Below, in pieces: positions 56,153 to 64,000 of a stretch of DNA of 64,000 nucleotides. Location of the stretch: positions 3,008,001-3,072,000 of the forward strand of contig OZ245015.1 of NCBI GenBank assembly GCA_965223705.1, in the 5' to 3' direction. The translations under genes were made by a program, and so were the position numbers. The DNA is from Myxococcota bacterium (GTDB lineage: Bacteria > Myxococcota_A > UBA9160 > UBA6930). Every line of letters begins with the position of its first letter. Within the stretch, counting starts at the first letter, position 1. The notes under the pieces are model-generated. The model had not been told where the DNA came from. It was given only the letters and a program-made list of their open reading frames with translations, and made no database searches.

Positions 56153-57624
56153 CAGTTTCGAAACGCTCCGATCGACGCGTAAGGTTCGGGAACCGCCGCG
56201 ACGCGCTCACAAAAGTCGCGGTTCGCGAGAGCCGCCGCCGCGAGAAGCGCTCTCCTGCGGGCGGGCGAGAGTTCCGGTTCTCGAAGATCGCTCTCGTATT
56301 GGGAGACGAAGCCCGTGTGCAGCTCGCCGCGACCGAACGCCTCGTGGGCCAGGACGCGCGAGAGATAGGACGTGTTCGTCGTTACGCCCAAGATCGCGAG
56401 TTCGCGCAGGGCGGTTTGCGCATCGGCGATGGCGGCTGCGCGATCGGATCCGTGGGTGACCAACTTCGCGAGCATCGGATCGAAATCGGGCGTGACTTCA
56501 CTCCCGTCAGCGACCCCGCTATCGAAACGCGCCTCTCCCGGCGGTGAGAACTCGACGATTCGGCCGATGGCCGGTGCGAAATCCTCGGACGGATCTTCCG
56601 CGTAGATCCGACATTCGATGGCGTGCCCGTTTACCGCCACGTCTTCCTGACGGAACGGCATCTCCTCGCCGGACGCGATACGGACCTGGAGCTCGACGAG
56701 GTCGAGGCCGGTGACGGCTTCGGTCACTGGGTGCTCCACCTGGAGGCGCGTGTTCATCTCGAGGAAGTAGAACTCGCCGTCCGGAGCGAGAATAAATTCC
56801 ACCGTGCCGGCGTTTTCGTAGTTTGCCGCGCGGGCGATATCGACCGCGGTGCGACAGATGCGCGCCCGAAGCGCGTCATCGAGGCCCGGAGACGGCGCCT
56901 CTTCGATGATCTTCTGGAATCGGCGCTGGATCGAGCACTCCCGCTCGAACAAGTGCACGTGGTTCCTGTGCCGATCCGACAGGATCTGGACTTCGATGTG
57001 GCGCGGCTTCTCGACGTAGCGTTCGGCGTAGATGCGCCCGTCGGCGAAGTAGCGCTGTGCCTCACTGCTCGCGCGGGCTGCCGCTTCCGCCAACTCGGCC
57101 GGCTCCCGAACGATATGCATGCCTTTGCCGCCGCCGCCGGCGGACGCCTTCAACACCAGCGGAAACCCGATGGCCGCCGCGCGCTCCGCGAAATTCTCCG
57201 GGTCTTCTTCCTGCGTTACCGACGGAGCCACGGGACACCCGGCCTCGGCGACGAACGTGCGAGAAGCGATCTTGTCCCCCATGAGCTCCATCGTCTCGGG
57301 GGCGGGGCCGATCCAACAGAGCCCGGACGCGACTGCCGCCCGAGCGAACGCGGCGTTTTCCGAGACGAAGCCGTAGCCCGGGTGAATCGCGTCGGCGCCG
57401 GAACTCCGGGCCGCGTCGATGAGTTGATCGGTGTCGAGGTAAGCGGCGACGGGTTGCGCGCCGCGTAGCGTGACGACGCGGTCGACGGCTGTCATGGCCG
57501 GCGTGTCCCGTTCGTCTTCGTGGGCAACGCCCACCGCCTCGATACCCATGCGGCGCAGCGTATGCGCGATACGCACCGCGATTTCGCCGCGATTCGCGAT
57601 CAGGACCCGTCTCACTGTCGTCAT
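56152..57624 (-). CDS. Biotin carboxylase
   Basis: ANRGEIA, HPGYGF, GGGGKGM, RECSIQRR, EMNTRLQVEHPVTE. Confidence 0.96.
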   Translation of the reverse strand: MTTVRRVLIANRGEIAVRIAHTLRRMGIEAVGVAHEDERDTPAMTAVDRVVTLRGAQPVAAYLDTDQLIDAARSSGADAIHPGYGFVSENAAFARAAVASGLCWIGPAPETMELMGDKIASRTFVAEAGCPVAPSVTQEEDPENFAERAAAIGFPLVLKASAGGGGKGMHIVREPAELAEAAARASSEAQRYFADGRIYAERYVEKPRHIEVQILSDRHRNHVHLFERECSIQRRFQKIIEEAPSPGLDDALRARICRTAVDIARAANYENAGTVEFILAPDGEFYFLEMNTRLQVEHPVTEAVTGLDLVELQVRIASGEEMPFRQEDVAVNGHAIECRIYAEDPSEDFAPAIGRIVEFSPPGEARFDSGVADGSEVTPDFDPMLAKLVTHGSDRAAAIADAQTALRELAILGVTTNTSYLSRVLAHEAFGRGELHTGFVSQYESDLREPELSPARRRALLAAAALANRDFCERVAAVPEPYASIGAFRN

Positions 57625-57696
57625 CTCCGATCGGGTAAGCTAGCCGAAGTCGGGCGACCCGGATCCTCGGTTGCCCAACCCCTTGGAGGTAGCCCC

Positions 57697-58635
57697 ATCG
57701 GTTTCACCGCACCGCTCGCGCAGTTTCGATTTCCCGACCTCGAAGCCGGCGTCCGCGGACGCCGGGTACTCATCACCGGGGCCGGCCGCGACGGAGGACT
57801 GGGTCAGGCCTTCGCCCTGGCCGCCGGGCTGGGAGGCGCGCACAGTGTGGGCGTCCATTTCCACCGAAGTATCGAGGACGGCTTCGCCCTGGTGGAGACC
57901 CTACAGAAGGAGGGTGTCCGGGCGTTCCCCGTTCAGGCCGATGTCAACAATCTGGGCGACCTCTGGGCGACCCGGAGCTACGTCATCGAGCAGATGGAAG
58001 GATCGCCGCCCGATCTACTGATTTGCAACTCCGGTCTGACAGAACGCGGTTACGCGTTCGGGCGCGCGCTCCGGGAGGAACCCGAGGAGAGCTCCGCCAT
58101 GCGCCGAGCGCGGGTGCGCCAGCACTTCCTCGACAACCTGGGAGAATCGCAGCTCGTCCTCGACACGAAAATCGACGGCTTCCTCGCGACGACTCACCTG
58201 TGGGCCGGCGAAGCGGTCCATCACAAAACACCCCTGCGCATCGTCTACATGTCCTCGCGACAAGCGATCGACCCGGGTCGCAGCGTCCCCGGTTATGCCC
58301 TCTCCAACTGGGCCGTTCTCGCCCTGCCCCGCGTTCTGTCCGTCAACCTGGGCCGGCAGGCCGACTCGGTCACCGCGTGCTGCCTGCTCTTCCCATTCGT
58401 GCGGACCTCGATGACCGACGAATACGCGGACAACGAAGCGGTCTACGGACGCTGGCAGTCGCGCATGCTCGAACCGCATGAAGCGGCGCGTTCGGTGCTC
58501 GAGCTGCTGGCGCAACCGGACGAAACCCTTGCCGAGGGGCTGTTTCAACTCTCGGTGACCGGCGACGCTCAGAATGCACAAGCCAACTGGGAGCGGGTGA
58601 GCATCGATACCACGTGCACCCCCGTGACGTTCTGA
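57697..58635 (+). CDS. Atypical SDR; start unresolved
   Basis: VLITGAGRDGGLG, QADV, CNSG, YALSN; no canonical in-frame start between the divergent gene and the Rossmann motif. Confidence 0.75.
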   Translation: MGFTAPLAQFRFPDLEAGVRGRRVLITGAGRDGGLGQAFALAAGLGGAHSVGVHFHRSIEDGFALVETLQKEGVRAFPVQADVNNLGDLWATRSYVIEQMEGSPPDLLICNSGLTERGYAFGRALREEPEESSAMRRARVRQHFLDNLGESQLVLDTKIDGFLATTHLWAGEAVHHKTPLRIVYMSSRQAIDPGRSVPGYALSNWAVLALPRVLSVNLGRQADSVTACCLLFPFVRTSMTDEYADNEAVYGRWQSRMLEPHEAARSVLELLAQPDETLAEGLFQLSVTGDAQNAQANWERVSIDTTCTPVTF

Positions 58636-58643
58636 AAGGCGGT

Positions 58644-59813
58644 ATGGCGTACGCACTGAACGAAGATCAGGAATTCATTCTCGAAGCGGCTGACCGTTAT
58701 GCGCGAGAGCGCCTGGCGCCGCTCGCGCCTCGCATGGACGAAGATGAATGGTTTCCGATGGAGGAGTTCCGCGCGCTCGGCAAGGAGGGCTACCTGGGGA
58801 TCACGGTGCCACCGGAGCTCGGAGGTGCGGGTCTCGACTTGTGGTCGAGCGGCCTCGTCCTACAGGCCTTCTCGCGTTGGAATCACGCTTTCGGTCTCTC
58901 CTGGGTCGCCCACGAGAACCTCTGCATGAACAACATCTACCGCAACGCGAACGATGACGTGCGGCGACGCTTCATTCCCGGACTGTGCGACGGTACGTTG
59001 ATCGGCGCCCTCGGCCTGACGGAGCCCGGCGCGGGTTCCGATGCGCTCGGCAGCATGGCGACGACGGCGGTGCGGGACGGCGACGACTTCGTGGTGAACG
59101 GCCGCAAGCTGTACATCACGAACGGCCCGGTGGCCGACGTCATCCTCCTGTACGCGAAGACCGATCCCGAGCGGGGTGCGCGCGGCATTTCGGCTTTCGT
59201 CGTCGACATGCACAGCCCGGGTGTGACCATCACCCAGAAGCTGACGAAGATGGGCTTCCGAGGCTCGCCGACCGCCGAGATCGCCTTCGAAGATTGTCGC
59301 GTCCCAGCGGCCAACTTGGTCGGCAAGGTGAACGAAGGCGTGAAGTGCGTCATGAGCGGACTTGATCTCGAGCGCGCGATGATTTCACCCATCTGCGTGG
59401 GAATCGCGGAACGCGCCCTGGATCTCACCGTGGCGTTTGCCAAAGAGCGAGAACAGTTCGGCGAGCCGATCGCGAACTTCCAGATGGTGCAGTCTCATCT
59501 CGTCGACATGTACGTCGCGATGGACACCATGCAGGTCTACAACGCGCGCTGCTTGTCGGCGTTGAACGAACTACCTGCGGGACAAGGGGGCCGCGGTTGG
59601 GCCCACAAGATGTCGGCGGCTTCCGTCATGTACTGCGCCAACGCGATGAACCAGTTGCTCGACAAGGCCTCCCAGGTTCACGGCGGCTACTCCTATATCT
59701 GGGAAACCGAGCTCAATCGGTTGTACCGAAGCATCAAGTTGCTCGAAATCGGCGCCGGAACCACCGAAGTCCGCAAGATCATCATCGCCGAAGAATTGCT
59801 GAAGGAGTCGTAG
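58644..59813 (+). CDS. Acyl-CoA dehydrogenase (isovaleryl-CoA DH-like)
   Basis: TEPGAGSD, KLYITNGP, LDLER (IVD-position Glu), REQFG, IGAGT. Confidence 0.94.
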   Translation: MAYALNEDQEFILEAADRYARERLAPLAPRMDEDEWFPMEEFRALGKEGYLGITVPPELGGAGLDLWSSGLVLQAFSRWNHAFGLSWVAHENLCMNNIYRNANDDVRRRFIPGLCDGTLIGALGLTEPGAGSDALGSMATTAVRDGDDFVVNGRKLYITNGPVADVILLYAKTDPERGARGISAFVVDMHSPGVTITQKLTKMGFRGSPTAEIAFEDCRVPAANLVGKVNEGVKCVMSGLDLERAMISPICVGIAERALDLTVAFAKEREQFGEPIANFQMVQSHLVDMYVAMDTMQVYNARCLSALNELPAGQGGRGWAHKMSAASVMYCANAMNQLLDKASQVHGGYSYIWETELNRLYRSIKLLEIGAGTTEVRKIIIAEELLKES

Positions 59814-61153
59814 TGGCTGGCCACGAGATTACCCGGGCACTGGCGCGATCGGTCGGTCGACTCGAGTTGGCCGATCTTTCGGACGAAGCGCGCGAAGTCG
59901 CGCGGCATTGCCTCCTCGACACCTTGGGCTGCGCTGTCGCCGGCGCCTCGGAAGAGCTCACCGAGATTCTCGTCGCGGAGGTGGCCGCCACGGAAGGCTC
60001 GCAGGTTGCGCGGCTCGTCGGGCGAACGGAGCGCGCTTCGCCTCGCACCGCGGCACTGGTGAGCGGCGCCGCCGCCCACGCGCTCGACTACGACGACACG
60101 CACATGCGAATGTCCGGTCACCCGAGCGTCCCGGTGCTACCCGCCCTGCTGGCGCTCTCTGAAACGCGTCCGCTCACCGGTGCCGAACTCGTCACCGCTT
60201 TGGTCGTCGGCATCGAAACCGAGACGCGACTCGGCGCGTTGATGAACCCCGACCACTACAAGTCGGGCTTCCATGCCACCGGCACGCTCGGTGTGGTGGG
60301 CGCAGCTGCCGCCTGTGCGCGCGCCATGAGCCTCGATGAAGACCGCTTCTGCCACGCGCTCGCTCTCGGGGCGACGCAAGCCGCGGGCTTGAAAGCGAGC
60401 TTTGGCTCGATGGCGAAGCCGCTCCACGCGGGCGCAGCGGCCCAAGCCGGGCTCACGGCGGCGCTCCTCGCGCGCGGTGGGTTCACCGGCAATCTGGCAA
60501 TCCTCGAGTCCGGCCAAGGATTCGCGGCGGCTTACCACGGGAGCGGTCGCGGGCTCGAGGCCATCACCCGTTTCGACCATCAGTTCCTCATCCGCGACAC
60601 GCTCTTCAAGTTCCACGCCGCCTGCTACCTGACCCACGCCGGCATTGACGCGACGAATGCGCTGCTCGCCGAAGGCGTCCGGCCGCAGGACGTGCGCGGC
60701 GTCGAGGTGAAGATCTCGCCGGAGCTCCTCAAGGTGTGCGCGATCCCGGAGCCAGCCACCGGTCTCGAAGGCAAGTTCAGCGTGCGAGGAACCATCGCCA
60801 TGGCGCTCCTCGGCATCGACACGTCGGATCGCCATCGCTTCAGCGATGCGCAGGTCACGGCGCCCGATTACGTGGCGGCGCGCGACAAGGTCCGCTTGAC
60901 CACCGTGGACGGGCAGAGTGAGACCGAGGCCACGGTTGTCCTCGATCTCGGTGACCGGGCCGTCGAAGCGACGCGCGATTCCGGCGTTCCGGCGAAAAAC
61001 CTGGACGAGCAGTGGAAGAAGCTCGTCCATAAGTTCGGGACCCTCGCCCGGCCTGTTCTCGGCGACAAAACCGAGTCGTTGCGCGAAGCGGTCGAGCGCG
61101 TGGAAAGCCTGGAACGGGCCAACGCGCTGCTCGATCTTGCGGTGCCGGCCTAG
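59813..61153 (+). CDS. MmgE/PrpD-family protein
   Basis: HALDYDD, HPS, GFHATG, KPLHAG, KFS; GTG overlaps the upstream TAG. Confidence 0.92.
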   Translation: MAGHEITRALARSVGRLELADLSDEAREVARHCLLDTLGCAVAGASEELTEILVAEVAATEGSQVARLVGRTERASPRTAALVSGAAAHALDYDDTHMRMSGHPSVPVLPALLALSETRPLTGAELVTALVVGIETETRLGALMNPDHYKSGFHATGTLGVVGAAAACARAMSLDEDRFCHALALGATQAAGLKASFGSMAKPLHAGAAAQAGLTAALLARGGFTGNLAILESGQGFAAAYHGSGRGLEAITRFDHQFLIRDTLFKFHAACYLTHAGIDATNALLAEGVRPQDVRGVEVKISPELLKVCAIPEPATGLEGKFSVRGTIAMALLGIDTSDRHRFSDAQVTAPDYVAARDKVRLTTVDGQSETEATVVLDLGDRAVEATRDSGVPAKNLDEQWKKLVHKFGTLARPVLGDKTESLREAVERVESLERANALLDLAVPA

Positions 61154-61317
61154 CCCCCAAGGGAAGTCGTTTTCGGCGTCCCAATTCTTGCGTCCCGGAG
61201 TTATCCTACGGGGGACTGATCCCCTGCGCGGCGAGCCGATGCAGCTCCGCGCGACCGCGCCCGCGTTCCCGGTGGAGCCTGGGCTCGCCAACCGACTGAA
61301 TCGATTCGGAGTAAGCC

Positions 61318-63033
61318 ATGGCACAATTCGACACTGTCATCCTCAACGGCACCATCGTCGATGGGACCCGAGCGGACCGTTTCCGCGGGAGCGTCGGCAT
61401 CAAGGACGGAACCATCGCGGCGCTCACCCGCGGTGACCTCGACGCGAGCCAAGCCGATCGCGTACTCGACGCCTCGGGGATGATCGTCGCCCCCGGATTC
61501 GTCGACCTCCACACACACTACGACGCGCAGATCCAGTGGGACCCGTATGCCACGCTGTCCGGCTGGCACGGTGTGACGTCGTTGGTTCTCGGAAACTGCG
61601 GGTTCGGGTTCGCACCGGTGCGCCCCGAAGAGCGCGACCGCGCGATGCTCAGCATGTCGCGCGTCGAGGCGATTCCCTTCGACGCAATGAAGGCGGGCAT
61701 GCTCTGGGACTGGGTGACGTTCCCGGAATGGTTGGAAACGCTCGATCGGATTCCGAAGGGTGTCAACGTCCTGTCCTACGTCCCGGTGGGTCCGCTCATG
61801 ATCTGGGTGATGGGCCTCGAGGACGCGAAGAAGCGCAAGCCGACGGAAGCGGAAGTCAAGGAGATGTGCCGGCTGTTGGAAATCTCGCTCGACGCCGGTG
61901 CGTGCGGCTGGTCCGTCCAGCGGCTGGGCGACGGCTTCATGTCCGTGCAGCGCGATTTCGACGGCACGCCGATGGTGACGGACTGCATGGACGACGATCT
62001 GTGTCTGGCGTTCGCCGAAGTCCTCAAGCGACGCGGCAGCGACGGACACATCCAGATCACCCAGGCGAAGGACGACATTCGCGAGGACATGAAGTTCGTC
62101 GAGAAGCTCGCGGAAGCGTCGGGATGCCCGGTCCTCTACAACGCGATTTTCGCGAACAACTACCACCCGGTGCAGCACCGTCGCATGATCGAGTGGGTGA
62201 ACGAGTGTCAGGCGCGTGGCAACCAGGTTTGGGGGCAACTCCTGACCACCGGCAATGACCTCACCTACACGTTCGAAGACTTCAACCTTCTCGACGGAAC
62301 CGATTGCTGGCGCGAAGTCACCCTCGGGACCGTGGAAGAGCGCAAAGCCAAGATGCAGATTCCCGAGAACCGCGAAGCCCTGCGCCACGACTACGATCAC
62401 GGTCGCATGCCGATCGCGACGGGTCCGGTGCCCGAGTTCATCATCCTGGAATGCAAGAAGCCCGCGAACAAGAAATATGAGGGCAAGCACCTCCGCGAGC
62501 TCGAGGCGATGAACGGGCAACACCCCATCGACACCTTGCTCGATATCGTGGTCGACGAAGATCTGCAGACCGTCATCTTCACTCCGCCGTTCAACGACGA
62601 GCCGGAGCTGAACAAGGAACTGCTCAACTCCGAGTACACGGTGCCCGGGGTCTCCGACGGCGGCGCACACACGAAGTTCGTGACGCTGGGCTCGTTCACG
62701 ACGGACTTCCTGGCGGACTTCACGCGAGACAAGGAGCTCTGCTCCCTCGAAGAAGCGCACTACCGACTGTCCGCTCTGCCGTCGAAGATGGCCGGCTTCC
62801 ACGATCGGGGCGTCCTCGCCGAGGGCAAGCCGGCGGACGTCGTCGTCTACGACCTCGAGCGATTGCGATCGACGGAGCCCGAGATCGCTCACGATTTCCC
62901 GGCCGGCGAATGGCGTCGGATTCGCAAGGCGGACGGCTACCGCTGGATCATGGTGAACGGGGAAGTCACGTTTGAAGACGGGGAGTGCACGGGGAACACC
63001 CCGGGCAAGCTCCTGCGGCACGGCCAGGGCTAG
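61318..63033 (+). CDS. Amidohydrolase (N-acyl-D-amino-acid deacylase-like)
   Basis: PGFVDLHTHYD, GNCG, SDGGAH. Confidence 0.92.
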   Translation: MAQFDTVILNGTIVDGTRADRFRGSVGIKDGTIAALTRGDLDASQADRVLDASGMIVAPGFVDLHTHYDAQIQWDPYATLSGWHGVTSLVLGNCGFGFAPVRPEERDRAMLSMSRVEAIPFDAMKAGMLWDWVTFPEWLETLDRIPKGVNVLSYVPVGPLMIWVMGLEDAKKRKPTEAEVKEMCRLLEISLDAGACGWSVQRLGDGFMSVQRDFDGTPMVTDCMDDDLCLAFAEVLKRRGSDGHIQITQAKDDIREDMKFVEKLAEASGCPVLYNAIFANNYHPVQHRRMIEWVNECQARGNQVWGQLLTTGNDLTYTFEDFNLLDGTDCWREVTLGTVEERKAKMQIPENREALRHDYDHGRMPIATGPVPEFIILECKKPANKKYEGKHLRELEAMNGQHPIDTLLDIVVDEDLQTVIFTPPFNDEPELNKELLNSEYTVPGVSDGGAHTKFVTLGSFTTDFLADFTRDKELCSLEEAHYRLSALPSKMAGFHDRGVLAEGKPADVVVYDLERLRSTEPEIAHDFPAGEWRRIRKADGYRWIMVNGEVTFEDGECTGNTPGKLLRHGQG

Positions 63034-63056
63034 GCGCCGACGCAGAAAGTCACGAT

Positions 63057-63099
63057 AAGGGGCCGGGGCGCGACGACGCGCTCCGGCCCCTTCTTTCTT
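63057..63099 (+). terminator. Rho-independent terminator
   Basis: 16-bp stem (one G-U pair) 63057-63072 / 63077-63092, 4-nt loop, then CTTTCTT. Confidence 0.8.
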
Positions 63100-63159
63100 G
63101 ACGCGAGCGGCCCCTCTGCGAGAGCATGCCCGCCGCAACGCCCCGAAGAGGAGACTCCA

Positions 63160-63894
63160 ATGGCCACTGAGCGCGTAACGATTCAAGTATCCGATGGTTC
63201 CGAGATGGGAGGCTACCTGGCCACGCCCGAAGGACCCGGCCCCCACCCGTCCGTGATCGTCTGGATGGAGATTTTCGGCGTCAACGCCCACATCCGCGAC
63301 GTGACCGAGCGCGTGGCTGCCGAGGGTTACGTCGCATTGGCACCGGATTTCTTTCATCGCTCCGCCCCGGGCCTCGAACTCGGCTACGACGAAGACGGCT
63401 TCACCGAGGGCATCAAGCACATGACCGCGTTGGTCTCCGAGCAGATGGCGGACGACGCGCAGTCGGCGGTCGCGTACTTGCGGGGACGCGGCGACACGAC
63501 GGATAAGGTCGGTGTCATGGGCTTCTGCATCGGCGGGCACATGACGTACCTGACGGCTGCGGAAACCGACGTGGCGGCGGCCGTGTCGTTCTACGGAGGC
63601 GGAATTTCCGCGCCCCAGGGCCCGGGTGGCGGCCCCTCCACGGTGAGCCGCACGCCGAAGATTTCGGGCCGTATCGTGTGCCTCTACGGGGCGAAGGACG
63701 AGCACATCCCCCTCGACCAGGTCGACGCCGTCCGCAGCGCGCTGCAGGCGGCCGGTACGGATCACGAAGTCGTGGTCTACGAAGACGCCGATCACGGTTT
63801 CTTCTGCAACATGCGCGACAGCTACCACGAAAGTTCCGCCGCAGACGCCTGGACACGGGTGAAGGCGACCTTCAACGAGCACCTTCGCGGCTGA
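63160..63894 (+). CDS. Dienelactone hydrolase family protein
   Basis: EIFGVN, GFCIGG, D..HGF triad. Confidence 0.94.
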   Translation: MATERVTIQVSDGSEMGGYLATPEGPGPHPSVIVWMEIFGVNAHIRDVTERVAAEGYVALAPDFFHRSAPGLELGYDEDGFTEGIKHMTALVSEQMADDAQSAVAYLRGRGDTTDKVGVMGFCIGGHMTYLTAAETDVAAAVSFYGGGISAPQGPGGGPSTVSRTPKISGRIVCLYGAKDEHIPLDQVDAVRSALQAAGTDHEVVVYEDADHGFFCNMRDSYHESSAADAWTRVKATFNEHLRG

Positions 63895-63899
63895 GCCCG

Positions 63900-64000
63900 G
63901 TGAAGCTCACGTGTGTGATCGGAGCCGCGACCCGGCCCGGTCGGTTGGCTGCGGGTATGCAGTACCTGGCCGACCGGCTTCGGGGCGGCTCCGGAGTGAC
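63900..64000 (+). CDS. Probable NADPH-dependent FMN reductase, N-terminus (truncated)
   Basis: MKLTCVIGAATRPGRL resembles the flavodoxin-like first strand and phosphate loop; only 33 codons visible. Confidence 0.45.
   Translation, partial: MKLTCVIGAATRPGRLAAGMQYLADRLRGGSGV

Noticed and set aside
61201..63882. 893-aa minus-strand ORF
   Set aside because: Antisense to two clear genes and a terminator; no domain signal.

Overview
High-GC, densely coded bacterial chromosome segment from a diderm (flgH and flgI are present), with a deltaproteobacterial-style flagellar gene order. About 1-34.3 kb is a nearly complete flagellar cluster, almost all on the minus strand, running off the left edge inside fliI. 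Its structural core is conserved but its regulation is unusual. There is no fliA or flgM at their usual positions, and sigma54 -24/-12 promoters precede flgB, a pilZ operon, flgF, flagellin and a divergent GNAT gene, with phased TTCAG-N-CTGAA-like boxes upstream. The cluster also has one intact sigma54 activator behind a sigma28-like promoter, a catalytically degenerate kinase/activator pair, a CsrA-FliW checkpoint with GGA hairpins in the flagellin leader, a FliO-FliP fusion, a degenerate FlhF and a frameshifted flhG. About 34.6-38 kb is an HDOD-GGDEF / pentapeptide-repeat K+-channel / HDOD operon beside a PomAB-like stator. About 38-64 kb is metabolic: a Mo-hydroxylase, a MetX-MetW fusion, crotonases, a Cys-free AbfD/HpaB-family protein, an atu-like carboxylase cluster, an acyl-CoA dehydrogenase, PrpD, an amidohydrolase and a dienelactone hydrolase. 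No rRNA, tRNA, CRISPR array or mobile element was recognised. All calls were made by eye; no database search was run.
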